Part shown: positions 18,260 to 26,610 of the stretch, in pieces
How the letters are laid out: each line of letters begins with the position of its first letter
Numbering within the stretch: the stretch's first letter is position 1
Assembly: GCA_965231125.1 (NCBI GenBank)
Contig: OZ246414.1
Coordinates: forward strand, 81,739-145,738
DNA: 64,000 nt
From: an uncultured Gammaproteobacteria bacterium
GTDB taxonomy: Bacteria > Patescibacteriota > Microgenomatia > Woykebacterales > RBG-16-39-9b
Reading direction: 5' to 3'
Translations under genes and position numbers: made by a program
Notes under the pieces: generated by a model
Database searches by the model: none
Told to the model about the DNA's origin: nothing
The model's input: the letters and a program-made list of their open reading frames with translations, nothing else

Positions 18260-19333
18260 ATGTCCTTGCCCAAAACCAAGATACTGTTTTTACCCGTATC
18301 GCTCCTATTAATAGCTTTTTACCTTACTTTTTTCATTTCCCCCGCATACGCTGGGTGCAATATAACCACCCCAGAGGGCGATTATTTCACTCCAGGTACT
18401 GCTATTAACTTTAAAATAACAGGTGTATTACCAAACCACAGTATAAAACTTGATCTTATTCAAGTCCACGGCGGTAATACTATCGATACAAAAACGCTCA
18501 CATCAGATCAAAACGGGGAAGCGAGTTTCACCTATAACGCTCCACCGGCGTTGGGAGATTATGTATGGATAGCTGACAACGATCCGAGAGATTGTACACC
18601 TGGCATCGGCAGTTCCCCTGGATTTACTGTTTCTAATCAAAGCTCTGGGGGTATTAATTTTGTAACTTTCCCGGCGCAAGTCGATAATGGGCGAACAACC
18701 ATAAGTATTAAAGTCACCGGCCTAGACCCAAATAGCTGTTATATAGTAAAAAAGGTTGACGGTTTTACCGGCAATATAGTAACCCAACATAACAGCCCCA
18801 TCGACAACGTCTGTCAGGATTTTACACAACTAGGTATGACGATAATTAAAAGCGACGATCAAGGTGCCCTCCAAATTGAAAATATCTGCGAAAATATGGA
18901 AGGCGCAAGAACCGATTGCACTAATCCTTTTGACGCCAATAAAACTTACTCTTTCCAAGTATATAAGTTCAAGTCTGGTTGTCATGTTATTGATCTACTA
19001 GATTGTTTTACAAAGGTCGGTGATCCCCTAAGTTTTACTGTCTCCAAAAGTATCAAATTTCCTCCAACAGAAGATCGAGGGAAAGAACTGTCAGGAGATA
19101 CTCGCAAATTTGTAAATACACTTGTTAGTTTCGGCATCGGGATTGCTGGAGGAGTCGCGTTTTTACTACTCATATACGGTGGGTTTAAATTTATCTTTAG
19201 CCTAGGCAATCCTGAAGCAGTGCAGCAGGGAAGGGAAATTATAACCGCTGCTCTAATTGGTCTAATTGTGGTTGTTTTTTCAGTTTTTCTTTTACGATTA
19301 GTCGGGATAAGTATTTTAGGTCTACCCTTATGA
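18260..19333 (+). CDS. secreted Ig-like-domain protein with C-terminal VirB2/TrbC-like two-TM pilin module
   Basis: Start MSLPKTKILFL with signal peptide ..SPAYA. The C-terminus GVAFLLLIYGGFKFIFSLGNPEAVQQGREIITAALIGLIVVVFSVFLL matches the module shared by 6 genes here. Confidence 0.6.
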   Translation: MSLPKTKILFLPVSLLLIAFYLTFFISPAYAGCNITTPEGDYFTPGTAINFKITGVLPNHSIKLDLIQVHGGNTIDTKTLTSDQNGEASFTYNAPPALGDYVWIADNDPRDCTPGIGSSPGFTVSNQSSGGINFVTFPAQVDNGRTTISIKVTGLDPNSCYIVKKVDGFTGNIVTQHNSPIDNVCQDFTQLGMTIIKSDDQGALQIENICENMEGARTDCTNPFDANKTYSFQVYKFKSGCHVIDLLDCFTKVGDPLSFTVSKSIKFPPTEDRGKELSGDTRKFVNTLVSFGIGIAGGVAFLLLIYGGFKFIFSLGNPEAVQQGREIITAALIGLIVVVFSVFLLRLVGISILGLPL

Positions 19334-20772
19334 GAACACCAACCTCAAGGAGAATTTTATCTTTTCTAGCCTTAGTCCTTGCCCTGCTTATTTTGAATCT
19401 AAATCAAACGTCTGGTCACAGAGTTTATGCGGCTGATCCTTGTCCCGTAGCGTTTCCCGCTTTTGACGGTACTGAGGGAACTACTACTACCGCCGATGGA
19501 GGGATAATAAAATCTTCCAACCCAATTCCAGAGGGTGCAAGTATTAAGGTTTTTTATAAAGCGTCAAGCGCTGTTCAATCCCAATCCCAACCAAATGATT
19601 GGATAGTAAGGGTAGATAGCGATATTGGTACAAGTGAGGCCCTAAGTGATGTGACCGTAGGGCCTCCTAATCCAGAACATTTGTGGTCCGCTTCGCTTGG
19701 TGCTACTATCCCATCTGGTGATCATTCCGTTTCGCTTATTTACCGCCCTACTGGAACTGTATGCGACACCCAAGGTTTCCACGTTTCGCTAACAGCTGAT
19801 TCTTCGAAGGGAATTTTTTCTGGTATTCTAGATCCTCTTCACGGGCGTTTTTCTAGCTTTGGGGAAATTGCCTCAAAACTTGCACCTTTTATACTGGCTC
19901 TTGGTGGAATGGTTGCTTTTCTCTTCCTTATCTGGGGTGGTATTAAATACATGCTGTCTCAAGGAGACCCAAAAGCAGTAACATCCGCCCGCAGCACAAT
20001 TGTTTCCGCCATAATTGGTTTAATAATACTGGCCTCCGTTTTTGTAATTCTCCAGCTCATAAACCTCATATTCAAAATTCCGGTGTTAGGCGCAACTTCG
20101 AACCAAGTGTTTGCCGCTAACTGTTCTTACCAACTATCAACTAATCAGATCGCCTACAACGGATCATTCAATGTAACAACCACTGTCCAAGGTAGTAATT
20201 ATTACACAATATCTTTCAATCCTGGTAACAATAACAAGATATTTATGGCCAACATTGCTGAAACATCCCACACCGAAACTATAAACATAGGTACCTTTTA
20301 CACCAACCCTCCTACTCAGATTACAGTGACAGTAGGACATGGGATTCCCTCCCAACATCCCGCGCCGTGTGATTTGCAAGGGAGTAATGAAGTAACCATA
20401 ACCCCTGCTCCCAACCCAACCGGGGGAAACAATAACGACGGTAACGACAACAGTACAACTGCGAAAGGTGGAATAAACATCGGAGATGCCTTCAAATTCG
20501 GAACTAAAGGTGTCAAAGACGTGTTTCCAAACTTTGGGGTGTTATTAACTAGTGTGGTTAATTTCGCTATAGCCGCAGCCGGTTTAATTTTCTTCTTCAT
20601 GCTAGTTTGGGGCGGCATGCGCTATATGCTTGCTAGAGGTGACGACAAACTAATCGTGGACGCAAGACAAACAGTCACCAATGCGGTGATAGGTCTCTTG
20701 ATAGTTGTTGCTTCTTTCGCGATAATTAAGTTAATAGCTTTAGCAACCGGGGCTCATATTTCTATTTTTTAA
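19330..20772 (+). CDS. secreted protein carrying two VirB2/TrbC-like two-TM pilin modules
   Basis: 480 aa. Module 1 at about nt 19858-20080 (LIWGGIKYMLSQGDPKAVTSARSTIVSAIIGLIIL). Module 2 at about nt 20521-20772 (LVWGGMRYMLARGDDKLIVDARQTVTNAVIGLLIVV). Confidence 0.6.
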   Translation: MRTPTSRRILSFLALVLALLILNLNQTSGHRVYAADPCPVAFPAFDGTEGTTTTADGGIIKSSNPIPEGASIKVFYKASSAVQSQSQPNDWIVRVDSDIGTSEALSDVTVGPPNPEHLWSASLGATIPSGDHSVSLIYRPTGTVCDTQGFHVSLTADSSKGIFSGILDPLHGRFSSFGEIASKLAPFILALGGMVAFLFLIWGGIKYMLSQGDPKAVTSARSTIVSAIIGLIILASVFVILQLINLIFKIPVLGATSNQVFAANCSYQLSTNQIAYNGSFNVTTTVQGSNYYTISFNPGNNNKIFMANIAETSHTETINIGTFYTNPPTQITVTVGHGIPSQHPAPCDLQGSNEVTITPAPNPTGGNNNDGNDNSTTAKGGINIGDAFKFGTKGVKDVFPNFGVLLTSVVNFAIAAAGLIFFFMLVWGGMRYMLARGDDKLIVDARQTVTNAVIGLLIVVASFAIIKLIALATGAHISIF

Positions 20773-20774
20773 TT

Positions 20775-21104
20775 ATGCCAGCTTCTAGTGCATCTTCAAG
20801 TAGTTCAAGTCTGCCGGTAATCGGTCATATAAAGCCGCCTTCTGGTTTCCCCATCGATCCTAACACTATTATCTCCGGCCTAATAAGCTTGATAATAGGG
20901 TTTGCTGGGTTAGTTTTCTTTGCAATGCTCGTTATTGGTGGGTTTCGGTATTTAACTGCCGGTGGGGACGAAAAAGCCGCCCAGGAAGCCCGTAAAACTC
21001 TAACCAACGCCGGGGTTGGGTTGATTATAATTGTGGCCGCGTTTTTAATCGCCCAACTACTCTTTCAAGTGTTTGGGCTGGAATCTTTAGTTAAGATAGG
21101 CTAA
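20775..21104 (+). CDS. VirB2/TrbC-like pilin-type protein
   Basis: 109 aa. Ser-rich N-terminus, then LVIGGFRYLTAGGDEKAAQEARKTLTNAGVGLIIIVAAF. Confidence 0.6.
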   Translation: MPASSASSSSSSLPVIGHIKPPSGFPIDPNTIISGLISLIIGFAGLVFFAMLVIGGFRYLTAGGDEKAAQEARKTLTNAGVGLIIIVAAFLIAQLLFQVFGLESLVKIG

Positions 21105-21108
21105 GCTG

Positions 21109-21591
21109 ATGTTTAAAAAATTTCTGCTGGGCAACGGATTAAACAAAATATCAACTTTCCTGATGACCGGGGGCATTTTGTTTCCGATAATTAACAGCTT
21201 GGCTGTAAAAACAATTTACGCAGCGCCAACAACTCCTACATCCGCTACCGCCAGCTCTACCGTCAGCGCAAGTTCGTCGGCAACCTTCCATATTCCAAAC
21301 CTAATCCCTTTTAAAAATCTTGGTGATCTTTTCCAAGTCCTTTTGAGTCTGGCTTTTTTTGCAGCGGGGCTCGCTTTTTTTCTCAATTTAATTGTCGGCG
21401 GCTTTCAGTGGATTTCCTCTGGTGGAGACCCCAAAGCCTTGCAAACCGCCAGAGGCCGAATAATGAACGCTTTTGTAGGATTGATTATAGTGGTTGCCGC
21501 CTACGCAATTGCCTTAATAGTCCAAACTGTGTTGGGAATAAGAATAGTCAGTGGTTTTTGTATTCGTTTGCCGGGCGGAACATGTCCTTGA
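21109..21591 (+). CDS. VirB2/TrbC-like pilin-type protein
   Basis: 160 aa. Signal/TM, Ser/Thr/Ala-rich linker, LIVGGFQWISSGGDPKALQTARGRIMNAFVGLIIVVAAY, C-terminal FCIRLPGGTCP. Confidence 0.6.
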   Translation: MFKKFLLGNGLNKISTFLMTGGILFPIINSLAVKTIYAAPTTPTSATASSTVSASSSATFHIPNLIPFKNLGDLFQVLLSLAFFAAGLAFFLNLIVGGFQWISSGGDPKALQTARGRIMNAFVGLIIVVAAYAIALIVQTVLGIRIVSGFCIRLPGGTCP

Positions 21592-21664
21592 CAGATTGGC
21601 ACTTGCCAAAGTATTTTTTATCTGTATATAATTATGTTAGAGGAAAGGTGGGGGTAGACAGTCT

Positions 21665-22063
21665 ATGAAAAAACTCGTCTCTGCCACAATAGTAAGTGTT
21701 GCTACATTCTTTAGTTTTGCGGGAGCTGCATTCGCGGTGGATTCCCCAAATATACGGGGTTTTGATTCAAACAGCATTCCTTTCCCAAACTTAGGTAAGT
21801 TGATAAGTAATATTCTCTCGTTATTATTTTTCTTCGCCGCCCTACTTGCATTTCTTTTTATTATCTTAGGTGGTATCCAATGGATTACTGCCGGTGGTGA
21901 CAAAGTCGCTGCTCAATCGGCCCGAGATAGAATTACAGCGGCGGTCATTGGTTTGGTAATAGTAGTCGCCGCTTTCGCCATAACCGTTATTCTCTCGAAG
22001 GTCTTGGGAATTAATCTCTTCGAATACAACTTCCCCGGCACATCCACTACCGCCGGCGCCTAA
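21665..22063 (+). CDS. VirB2/TrbC-like pilin-type protein
   Basis: 132 aa. Signal peptide ..AGAAFA, then IILGGIQWITAGGDKVAAQSARDRITAAVIGLVIVVAAF. Confidence 0.6.
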   Translation: MKKLVSATIVSVATFFSFAGAAFAVDSPNIRGFDSNSIPFPNLGKLISNILSLLFFFAALLAFLFIILGGIQWITAGGDKVAAQSARDRITAAVIGLVIVVAAFAITVILSKVLGINLFEYNFPGTSTTAGA

Positions 22064-22076
22064 AACTCTAAAAACG

Positions 22077-23255
22077 CTAATTTGAGAATCCGGTAGTTCC
22101 AGTAAGAATAGTAAAGTAGATTTTTGAGACAGGTAGACCAGTAAGTAATGGGTAGTAAAAAGCAAACAGCCCAAAGCACGAAATTATAAACCCCGCAAGT
22201 AAAAACTTTTTCCCCTCAAAATTCTCTTCTATCATTTTACTAAGTAAAATTACCCCAAACGGCAGCGCTGGGAGCAGATAATACTGTAGAGTGTTGTGGT
22301 AAGCGAAAAACCAAGGGAGCCAAAAGCAGGCAAAGGCTCCCAGCAAAAAGAGCTTTTCAGACGTAAAGTCTCTTTTTTTTATCACCAAAATAATTGCCCC
22401 CAGAATTCCCCAAAAAATGGCGGGGTTAAAGAGAAAAATAACGCTGCGGACTGTGTTTCCGACAGTTTGACCCAAATAAGGAAGCGGTGGATCCAAAAAC
22501 CAAAGCCAGGGAGGATAACCCAAGTTGTCTTTGGATTTTAGAAAAAGATGGTAATTAGCCATTTGCCACTGCAGGTGAAAAAGGCTGTCAAGAGTGTGGT
22601 TTTTTAAATAAAAACTATACGAGGCGAAGTAGACTAACAAAACAACTGTTATTAACTGAGCAATTTTCAACAGGGAACGGGGTTTCTTCTTAAGAAGATA
22701 AAATCCCAAAGCAAAAATTAGTAAAAATAGACCGCTCCATTTTGACGATATTGCCAGCCCAAAGAAAAACCCGCTTAATAATAAATCTTTGGAACTTTCG
22801 CTTTTAAGAAATTTCCAAAAGAAATAGCCAGCTGCCAGGCTAAAAGCAGCCACGTAAATTTCGATAGTACCGAGCCGTGAACTTACAAACCAACCAAACT
22901 CGGCTGTTAAAAAGAGGCTTGCCAAAACTGGAATAAACTTTCCGCCAAACATTTTTTCCGCCAGCAGGTAAATAAATACGACCCCCAAACTCCCGACTAA
23001 AACTTCTGGTATTCGCCAACCCCAAACGTTGTCACCAAAAACATGGATACTTGCCGCCATAAAAAGTTTTGCGACTGGCGGGTGTTGGAAATTAGCTAAA
23101 AAATCCCCGTGCAGGTAGGCACGGGCCGCCGGTATGTAAAAAGCGCCCTCGTCAAAATAAGCGCTTTGGGGAGAATTTAGTAGAAAAAGTTTCGTCAGAA
23201 AGTTAAAGAGAAAAATCAGCGTAAGGAATACAAAGTCAAAACGAGCAAATCTCAT
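22077..23255 (-). CDS. polyprenyl-phosphate-dependent glycosyltransferase (GT39/PMT_2, ArnT-like)
   Basis: 392 aa, about 10 TM segments. First-loop YFDEGAFY acidic motif typical of PMT/ArnT-type enzymes. Confidence 0.65.
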   Translation of the reverse strand: MRFARFDFVFLTLIFLFNFLTKLFLLNSPQSAYFDEGAFYIPAARAYLHGDFLANFQHPPVAKLFMAASIHVFGDNVWGWRIPEVLVGSLGVVFIYLLAEKMFGGKFIPVLASLFLTAEFGWFVSSRLGTIEIYVAAFSLAAGYFFWKFLKSESSKDLLLSGFFFGLAISSKWSGLFLLIFALGFYLLKKKPRSLLKIAQLITVVLLVYFASYSFYLKNHTLDSLFHLQWQMANYHLFLKSKDNLGYPPWLWFLDPPLPYLGQTVGNTVRSVIFLFNPAIFWGILGAIILVIKKRDFTSEKLFLLGAFACFWLPWFFAYHNTLQYYLLPALPFGVILLSKMIEENFEGKKFLLAGFIISCFGLFAFYYPLLTGLPVSKIYFTILTGTTGFSN

Positions 23256-23305
23256 TAACCAAATTCTAGCATAATTTAGAGGTTTCTAGACTCAGGTGTC
23301 TTTAA

Positions 23306-23334
23306 TTGACAGACTTCTCATTATTACTTAAAAT
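23306..23334 (+). promoter_or_regulatory. TTGACA-N17-TAAAAT promoter, -10 ends 7 nt before the ATG (leaderless-type)
   Basis: TTGACA 23306-23311, TAAAAT 23329-23334, ATG 23342, no SD. Confidence 0.55.
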
Positions 23335-23341
23335 CTAGTTA

Positions 23342-23746
23342 ATGCCGCCACCAAAGAAATTCGGGCCGTTATTATCTGCGATGCTATTTCTTTCAACCGC
23401 AGCCCCAATCTACGCTCAAGCCAAACTAGTTGACACTTCGCCCGGCTACGCTCCTCTAACAGAGCTGGAAACAATCTTCGGCAACGTTTTAAATGTCGTG
23501 ACGCTTTTAGCTGGATTTGCAGTTCTGCTTATGCTCATTATTGGGGCTTTTCGCTACATGGCGGCTCAAGGCGATCCAAAAGCAATAGGTTCCGCAAGAA
23601 GTCATATTACTTGGGCCTTTATTGGTCTTTTCTTCATTGTCGCGGCTTGGCTTGTATTACTCTTCGTCGCTCAATTTACCGGGGTTAATCTAACGCACTT
23701 TTGCGTTCAGCTTCCTGGTGGGACTACTTGTAAGCTTCAACGTTAG
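23342..23746 (+). CDS. VirB2/TrbC-like pilin-type protein
   Basis: 134 aa. Signal peptide ..PIYAQA, LIIGAFRYMAAQGDPKAIGSARSHITWAFIGLFFIVAAW, C-terminal FCVQLPGGTTC. Confidence 0.6.
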   Translation: MPPPKKFGPLLSAMLFLSTAAPIYAQAKLVDTSPGYAPLTELETIFGNVLNVVTLLAGFAVLLMLIIGAFRYMAAQGDPKAIGSARSHITWAFIGLFFIVAAWLVLLFVAQFTGVNLTHFCVQLPGGTTCKLQR

Positions 23747-24390
23747 TGAAGAAGCGATCCTTGTGGTACGTAGTTTATATTCAACGCGCCAATATCTTTT
23801 ATCCCCTCATCAGTAAACCAAGAAATCGCTTTCTGTTTGTAAAATTCAATCGGAGCTTTGTTAATAAAAACAAAAAACTGATCAGGAGCATCAAAACTTA
23901 TACCAAACCCATTCTTATTAATCGGCAGTTTTTTTCTTATCTTGTTGATTATTTCTGCTAAATTTTCTTGAGAAGTAGTTCCCTTTCCGGTTTTAAAATT
24001 CCAAGCAAAAAGTGGTTGGTTTGCTACCAAAACTTGTAAACTATATTTTGTATTTGGTTTAAGATTTACGCTCGGGCTAAAAGTAGCTGTCTGCCCATCC
24101 TTACTAAGATTCGTGCTAAATTTTACGCTGGGTGTACTTTTTAAATACACTGTGTAGTTTGCTACCGAGTCTGAAAAAGTAACCACCATTTGAGGCGTCG
24201 TGCTGACACCTTTTTGCCCTTGCAAAGGGTTTACACTAACTACTCTTGCGGATATTACTGGCGCGGTTTGGTTGTTATTGTTGTTTTGACTAGTTCGACT
24301 CTTAGGCGTAAACAAAATACCAACAACAATTAAACTAATTGCAAGAGCGGCTCCGCCTCCAAGTAAAATTTTATCTTTTGTAGTGATCAT
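23743..24390 (-). CDS. N-terminally anchored protein with Ig-like (SbsA-type) domain
   Basis: 215 aa. TM, Asn-rich linker, then VVSVNPLQGQKGVSTTPQMVVTFSDSV. Confidence 0.45.
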   Translation of the reverse strand: MITTKDKILLGGGAALAISLIVVGILFTPKSRTSQNNNNNQTAPVISARVVSVNPLQGQKGVSTTPQMVVTFSDSVANYTVYLKSTPSVKFSTNLSKDGQTATFSPSVNLKPNTKYSLQVLVANQPLFAWNFKTGKGTTSQENLAEIINKIRKKLPINKNGFGISFDAPDQFFVFINKAPIEFYKQKAISWFTDEGIKDIGALNINYVPQGSLLH

Positions 24391-24392
24391 AA

Positions 24393-24956
24393 TTAAAAAA
24401 TGTCTGGTTTTTTATCTTGCAAGCGATCAATCTGCGCCAACCTAGACTCAATATTTATTAAAGTATCGGGTGCAAAATACCATTGTTCGCTCACGCTCTG
24501 ACTTATCTCATCAACAACCTGACCCCTACCTTTGTTCGACAAAAGTAAAATTTTAAATCCCACATAATCAGGACTATAAACTAGGTCCGCGCCATCATCA
24601 AGCACTTTAATCCCAGCCGCTAAAGACGGTTTTACTTTTACTAAAATAACTATACTGTCTTTTACGTAAACCTTCGCTTCGTCACTACCAATTTTATATT
24701 TAAATAGTAGCATCCTGGTTTTTGCAAGAGTATAAGTTTGGTTTGGCTTTCCCAGGATCTTATTTAAACTCTCAACCGAAGTTTTTCCCGGCACAACGCC
24801 TCGCCAACCGTAACCAACTCCCCTAAAAAATATTAGATAAGTCAAAATTAGTAGGGCCAGGAGACCCAAAATTATTGGTGCTAAGACTTTTAGATTTTCG
24901 GACAGTTTAGTGAGGGTAAACATAACCAGCAAAAATATTATCTCTAACCCAAGCAT
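24393..24956 (-). CDS. membrane-anchored hypothetical protein
   Basis: 187 aa with two N-terminal TM segments. The start is uncertain because the ORF overlaps the upstream gene by 50 nt. Confidence 0.4.
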   Translation of the reverse strand: MLGLEIIFLLVMFTLTKLSENLKVLAPIILGLLALLILTYLIFFRGVGYGWRGVVPGKTSVESLNKILGKPNQTYTLAKTRMLLFKYKIGSDEAKVYVKDSIVILVKVKPSLAAGIKVLDDGADLVYSPDYVGFKILLLSNKGRGQVVDEISQSVSEQWYFAPDTLINIESRLAQIDRLQDKKPDIF

Positions 24957-26364
24957 ACTGGTGCGGGTACTCGCCCTGCAGATTTACTTGAATGCCAGAA
25001 CCAGAGGTATACGTACCATCCGCAACGTACCAAGCGTCGGATTCCGCTACTGATTCATTGTAACAGGTGATTGGTATATCCCCATCTACAGTGCAATCCG
25101 CTCCTCCTAAAGCCGCAGACGGGTAACTTTTTATTAAACCGCCATCATCTTCGTAAACATGCGCATTTTCAAAGCTCTGAAGAAGGCCACTATTGCGACC
25201 CATAATCACATGGGTAGATTCGTGAGCCAAAACAAAGATCCGTGTAGACTGGGATGTCGCTGCCGATTGTGCCAAGTATATTCCTGGATCAAAGCCGGAT
25301 GGGTTCACTTCGCTGTATCTTGCTGTCCATTTATGCAAAACTACGGCCCCGCCTTGACTACAAAGCAATTGAACAAATTTTGCCGATTGGGTAATGAAGC
25401 CGATTGCCTGCAGCTCCGAAGCCTGATCATCTGACGTCCAACTTCTGTCAAACTGGTAACACGCCTGCCCCCCCGGACCAGGCGAAACTCCCAAATCTTG
25501 TTTCCTTTGGTAAAACTGCCAAACGCTGTCACAATAATGGACATCAGGGTACCTTGGGTCCACACACGCCCCTAAATACGATCCCGCAACTGAATCCACT
25601 AAACTTTTATCCCAAGCGGAACTACTTCCTGAATAATTGTATTTTGTAAAATGTCCCGAGGTGCATTCTTCGACGGCGGCTGCGTCGCTTGAAGAAATAC
25701 TGTCACATTTAATTTTCCAGGCGGCCGCGTAAATAGAGTCCTCAATATTACAAATGTTCGGGGTCCGGCTTTGTCCAGTAGCAATATTCACAGCGTTTTT
25801 ATACCTATCCCATGTACTTGGTAAAAACTGCATCGGTCCTTGGGCGTTATCAACTGATACAGCACACCCTGGCATCACCGCCCCAGGCGCGCTATACTGC
25901 GTTATTTGAGACTCACTTAATATCATTGCTCCTCCCAAATTTTCACTAAGACCAATGCCGTTTAAAACTCCAGCCGGCACCTTCGCCCAACTCGCTGCTT
26001 GAAGAATAATCCCTTCCAATACTATAGAACAATCGTTGCGAGTGCCATCCCCATTTAAATCGTCAGGGCTCAAGTTTGTCTGACAGTAATTTTGGTTAAC
26101 TCCTAATCCGCCTCCCGGCGATGCATGGGCGGCCCCACCACCTGAACCAAGAATCCCAACTCCAACTAAAATTACTACTATTAGAATTACGGTAAATATA
26201 ACAACACCCATCACCGCCAAAAATCCAGGTAGCCATGGGGCCACCGCACCAATAGCGGCTGATATACCCGACCAAGCCGCTTGTCCGAAACGAGCGGCTT
26301 GATAAGCATCGCTAAGTGTACTAAGGGGGCTTTTTTTGTTTTGTTGGTCTTCTTGTTGGGCCAT
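24907..26364 (-). CDS. membrane-anchored cell-wall hydrolase: lytic transglycosylase-like region plus HExxH metallopeptidase-like region (VirB1 analogue)
   Basis: 485 aa. TM, then AQGPMQFLPSTWDRY (SLT-type motif) and C-terminal VLAHESTHVIMG (HExxH). Confidence 0.6.
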   Translation of the reverse strand: MAQQEDQQNKKSPLSTLSDAYQAARFGQAAWSGISAAIGAVAPWLPGFLAVMGVVIFTVILIVVILVGVGILGSGGGAAHASPGGGLGVNQNYCQTNLSPDDLNGDGTRNDCSIVLEGIILQAASWAKVPAGVLNGIGLSENLGGAMILSESQITQYSAPGAVMPGCAVSVDNAQGPMQFLPSTWDRYKNAVNIATGQSRTPNICNIEDSIYAAAWKIKCDSISSSDAAAVEECTSGHFTKYNYSGSSSAWDKSLVDSVAGSYLGACVDPRYPDVHYCDSVWQFYQRKQDLGVSPGPGGQACYQFDRSWTSDDQASELQAIGFITQSAKFVQLLCSQGGAVVLHKWTARYSEVNPSGFDPGIYLAQSAATSQSTRIFVLAHESTHVIMGRNSGLLQSFENAHVYEDDGGLIKSYPSAALGGADCTVDGDIPITCYNESVAESDAWYVADGTYTSGSGIQVNLQGEYPHQYAWVRDNIFAGYVYPH

Positions 26365-26431
26365 GGCAGGTGTATTTAAATTCTATCCTTTGATAGCTTT
26401 AAAAACAATCCTTATCAAGAAGGTGTCCTTA

Positions 26432-26537
26432 GCTAGCCATTAAGATGGCTAGCACAGGATTCGGGAGTACCCGAATCACTTGGATTTGGTTACGGAGAAT
26501 CCTTAGTCCAAAGGACGCGGGACACTTTAAGTGTCCC
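26432..26537. repeat. hairpin cluster containing the left copy of the 33-bp inverted repeat
   Basis: Four consecutive hairpins: 26432-26453 (9-bp perfect stem), 26456-26503 (aggattc/gaatcct outer stem), 26506-26516, 26519-26537 (gggacac/gtgtccc). The 33-mer 26465-26497 is the reverse complement of 33337-33369 (32/33). Confidence 0.6.
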
Positions 26538-26549
26538 ATAGCCAATGTA

Positions 26550-26558
26550 TGCTATAAT
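26550..26558 (+). promoter_or_regulatory. extended -10 promoter TGcTATAAT for the GC-rich lipoprotein gene
   Basis: TG 26550-26551, TATAAT 26553-26558, about 52 nt upstream of ATG 26611. Confidence 0.45.
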
Positions 26559-26610
26559 ATGGTGCAAAACTAGCTCTCAAACAAAACCATACTTCAGAAG
26601 GAGGAGAGAC

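Noticed and set aside
21547-21591. LPXTG sortase signal in ..RLPGGTCP
   Set aside because: LPGGT does not fit LPxTG, and it is not followed by a hydrophobic segment with a basic tail. It lies after the last TM helix.
26456-26503. Integron attC site interpretation of the conserved-stem hairpins
   Set aside because: No RYYYAAC/GTTRRRY core pair is present (GTTACGG violates the R positions). No IntI-like integrase and no cassette array are present. The associated ORFs have their own promoters.
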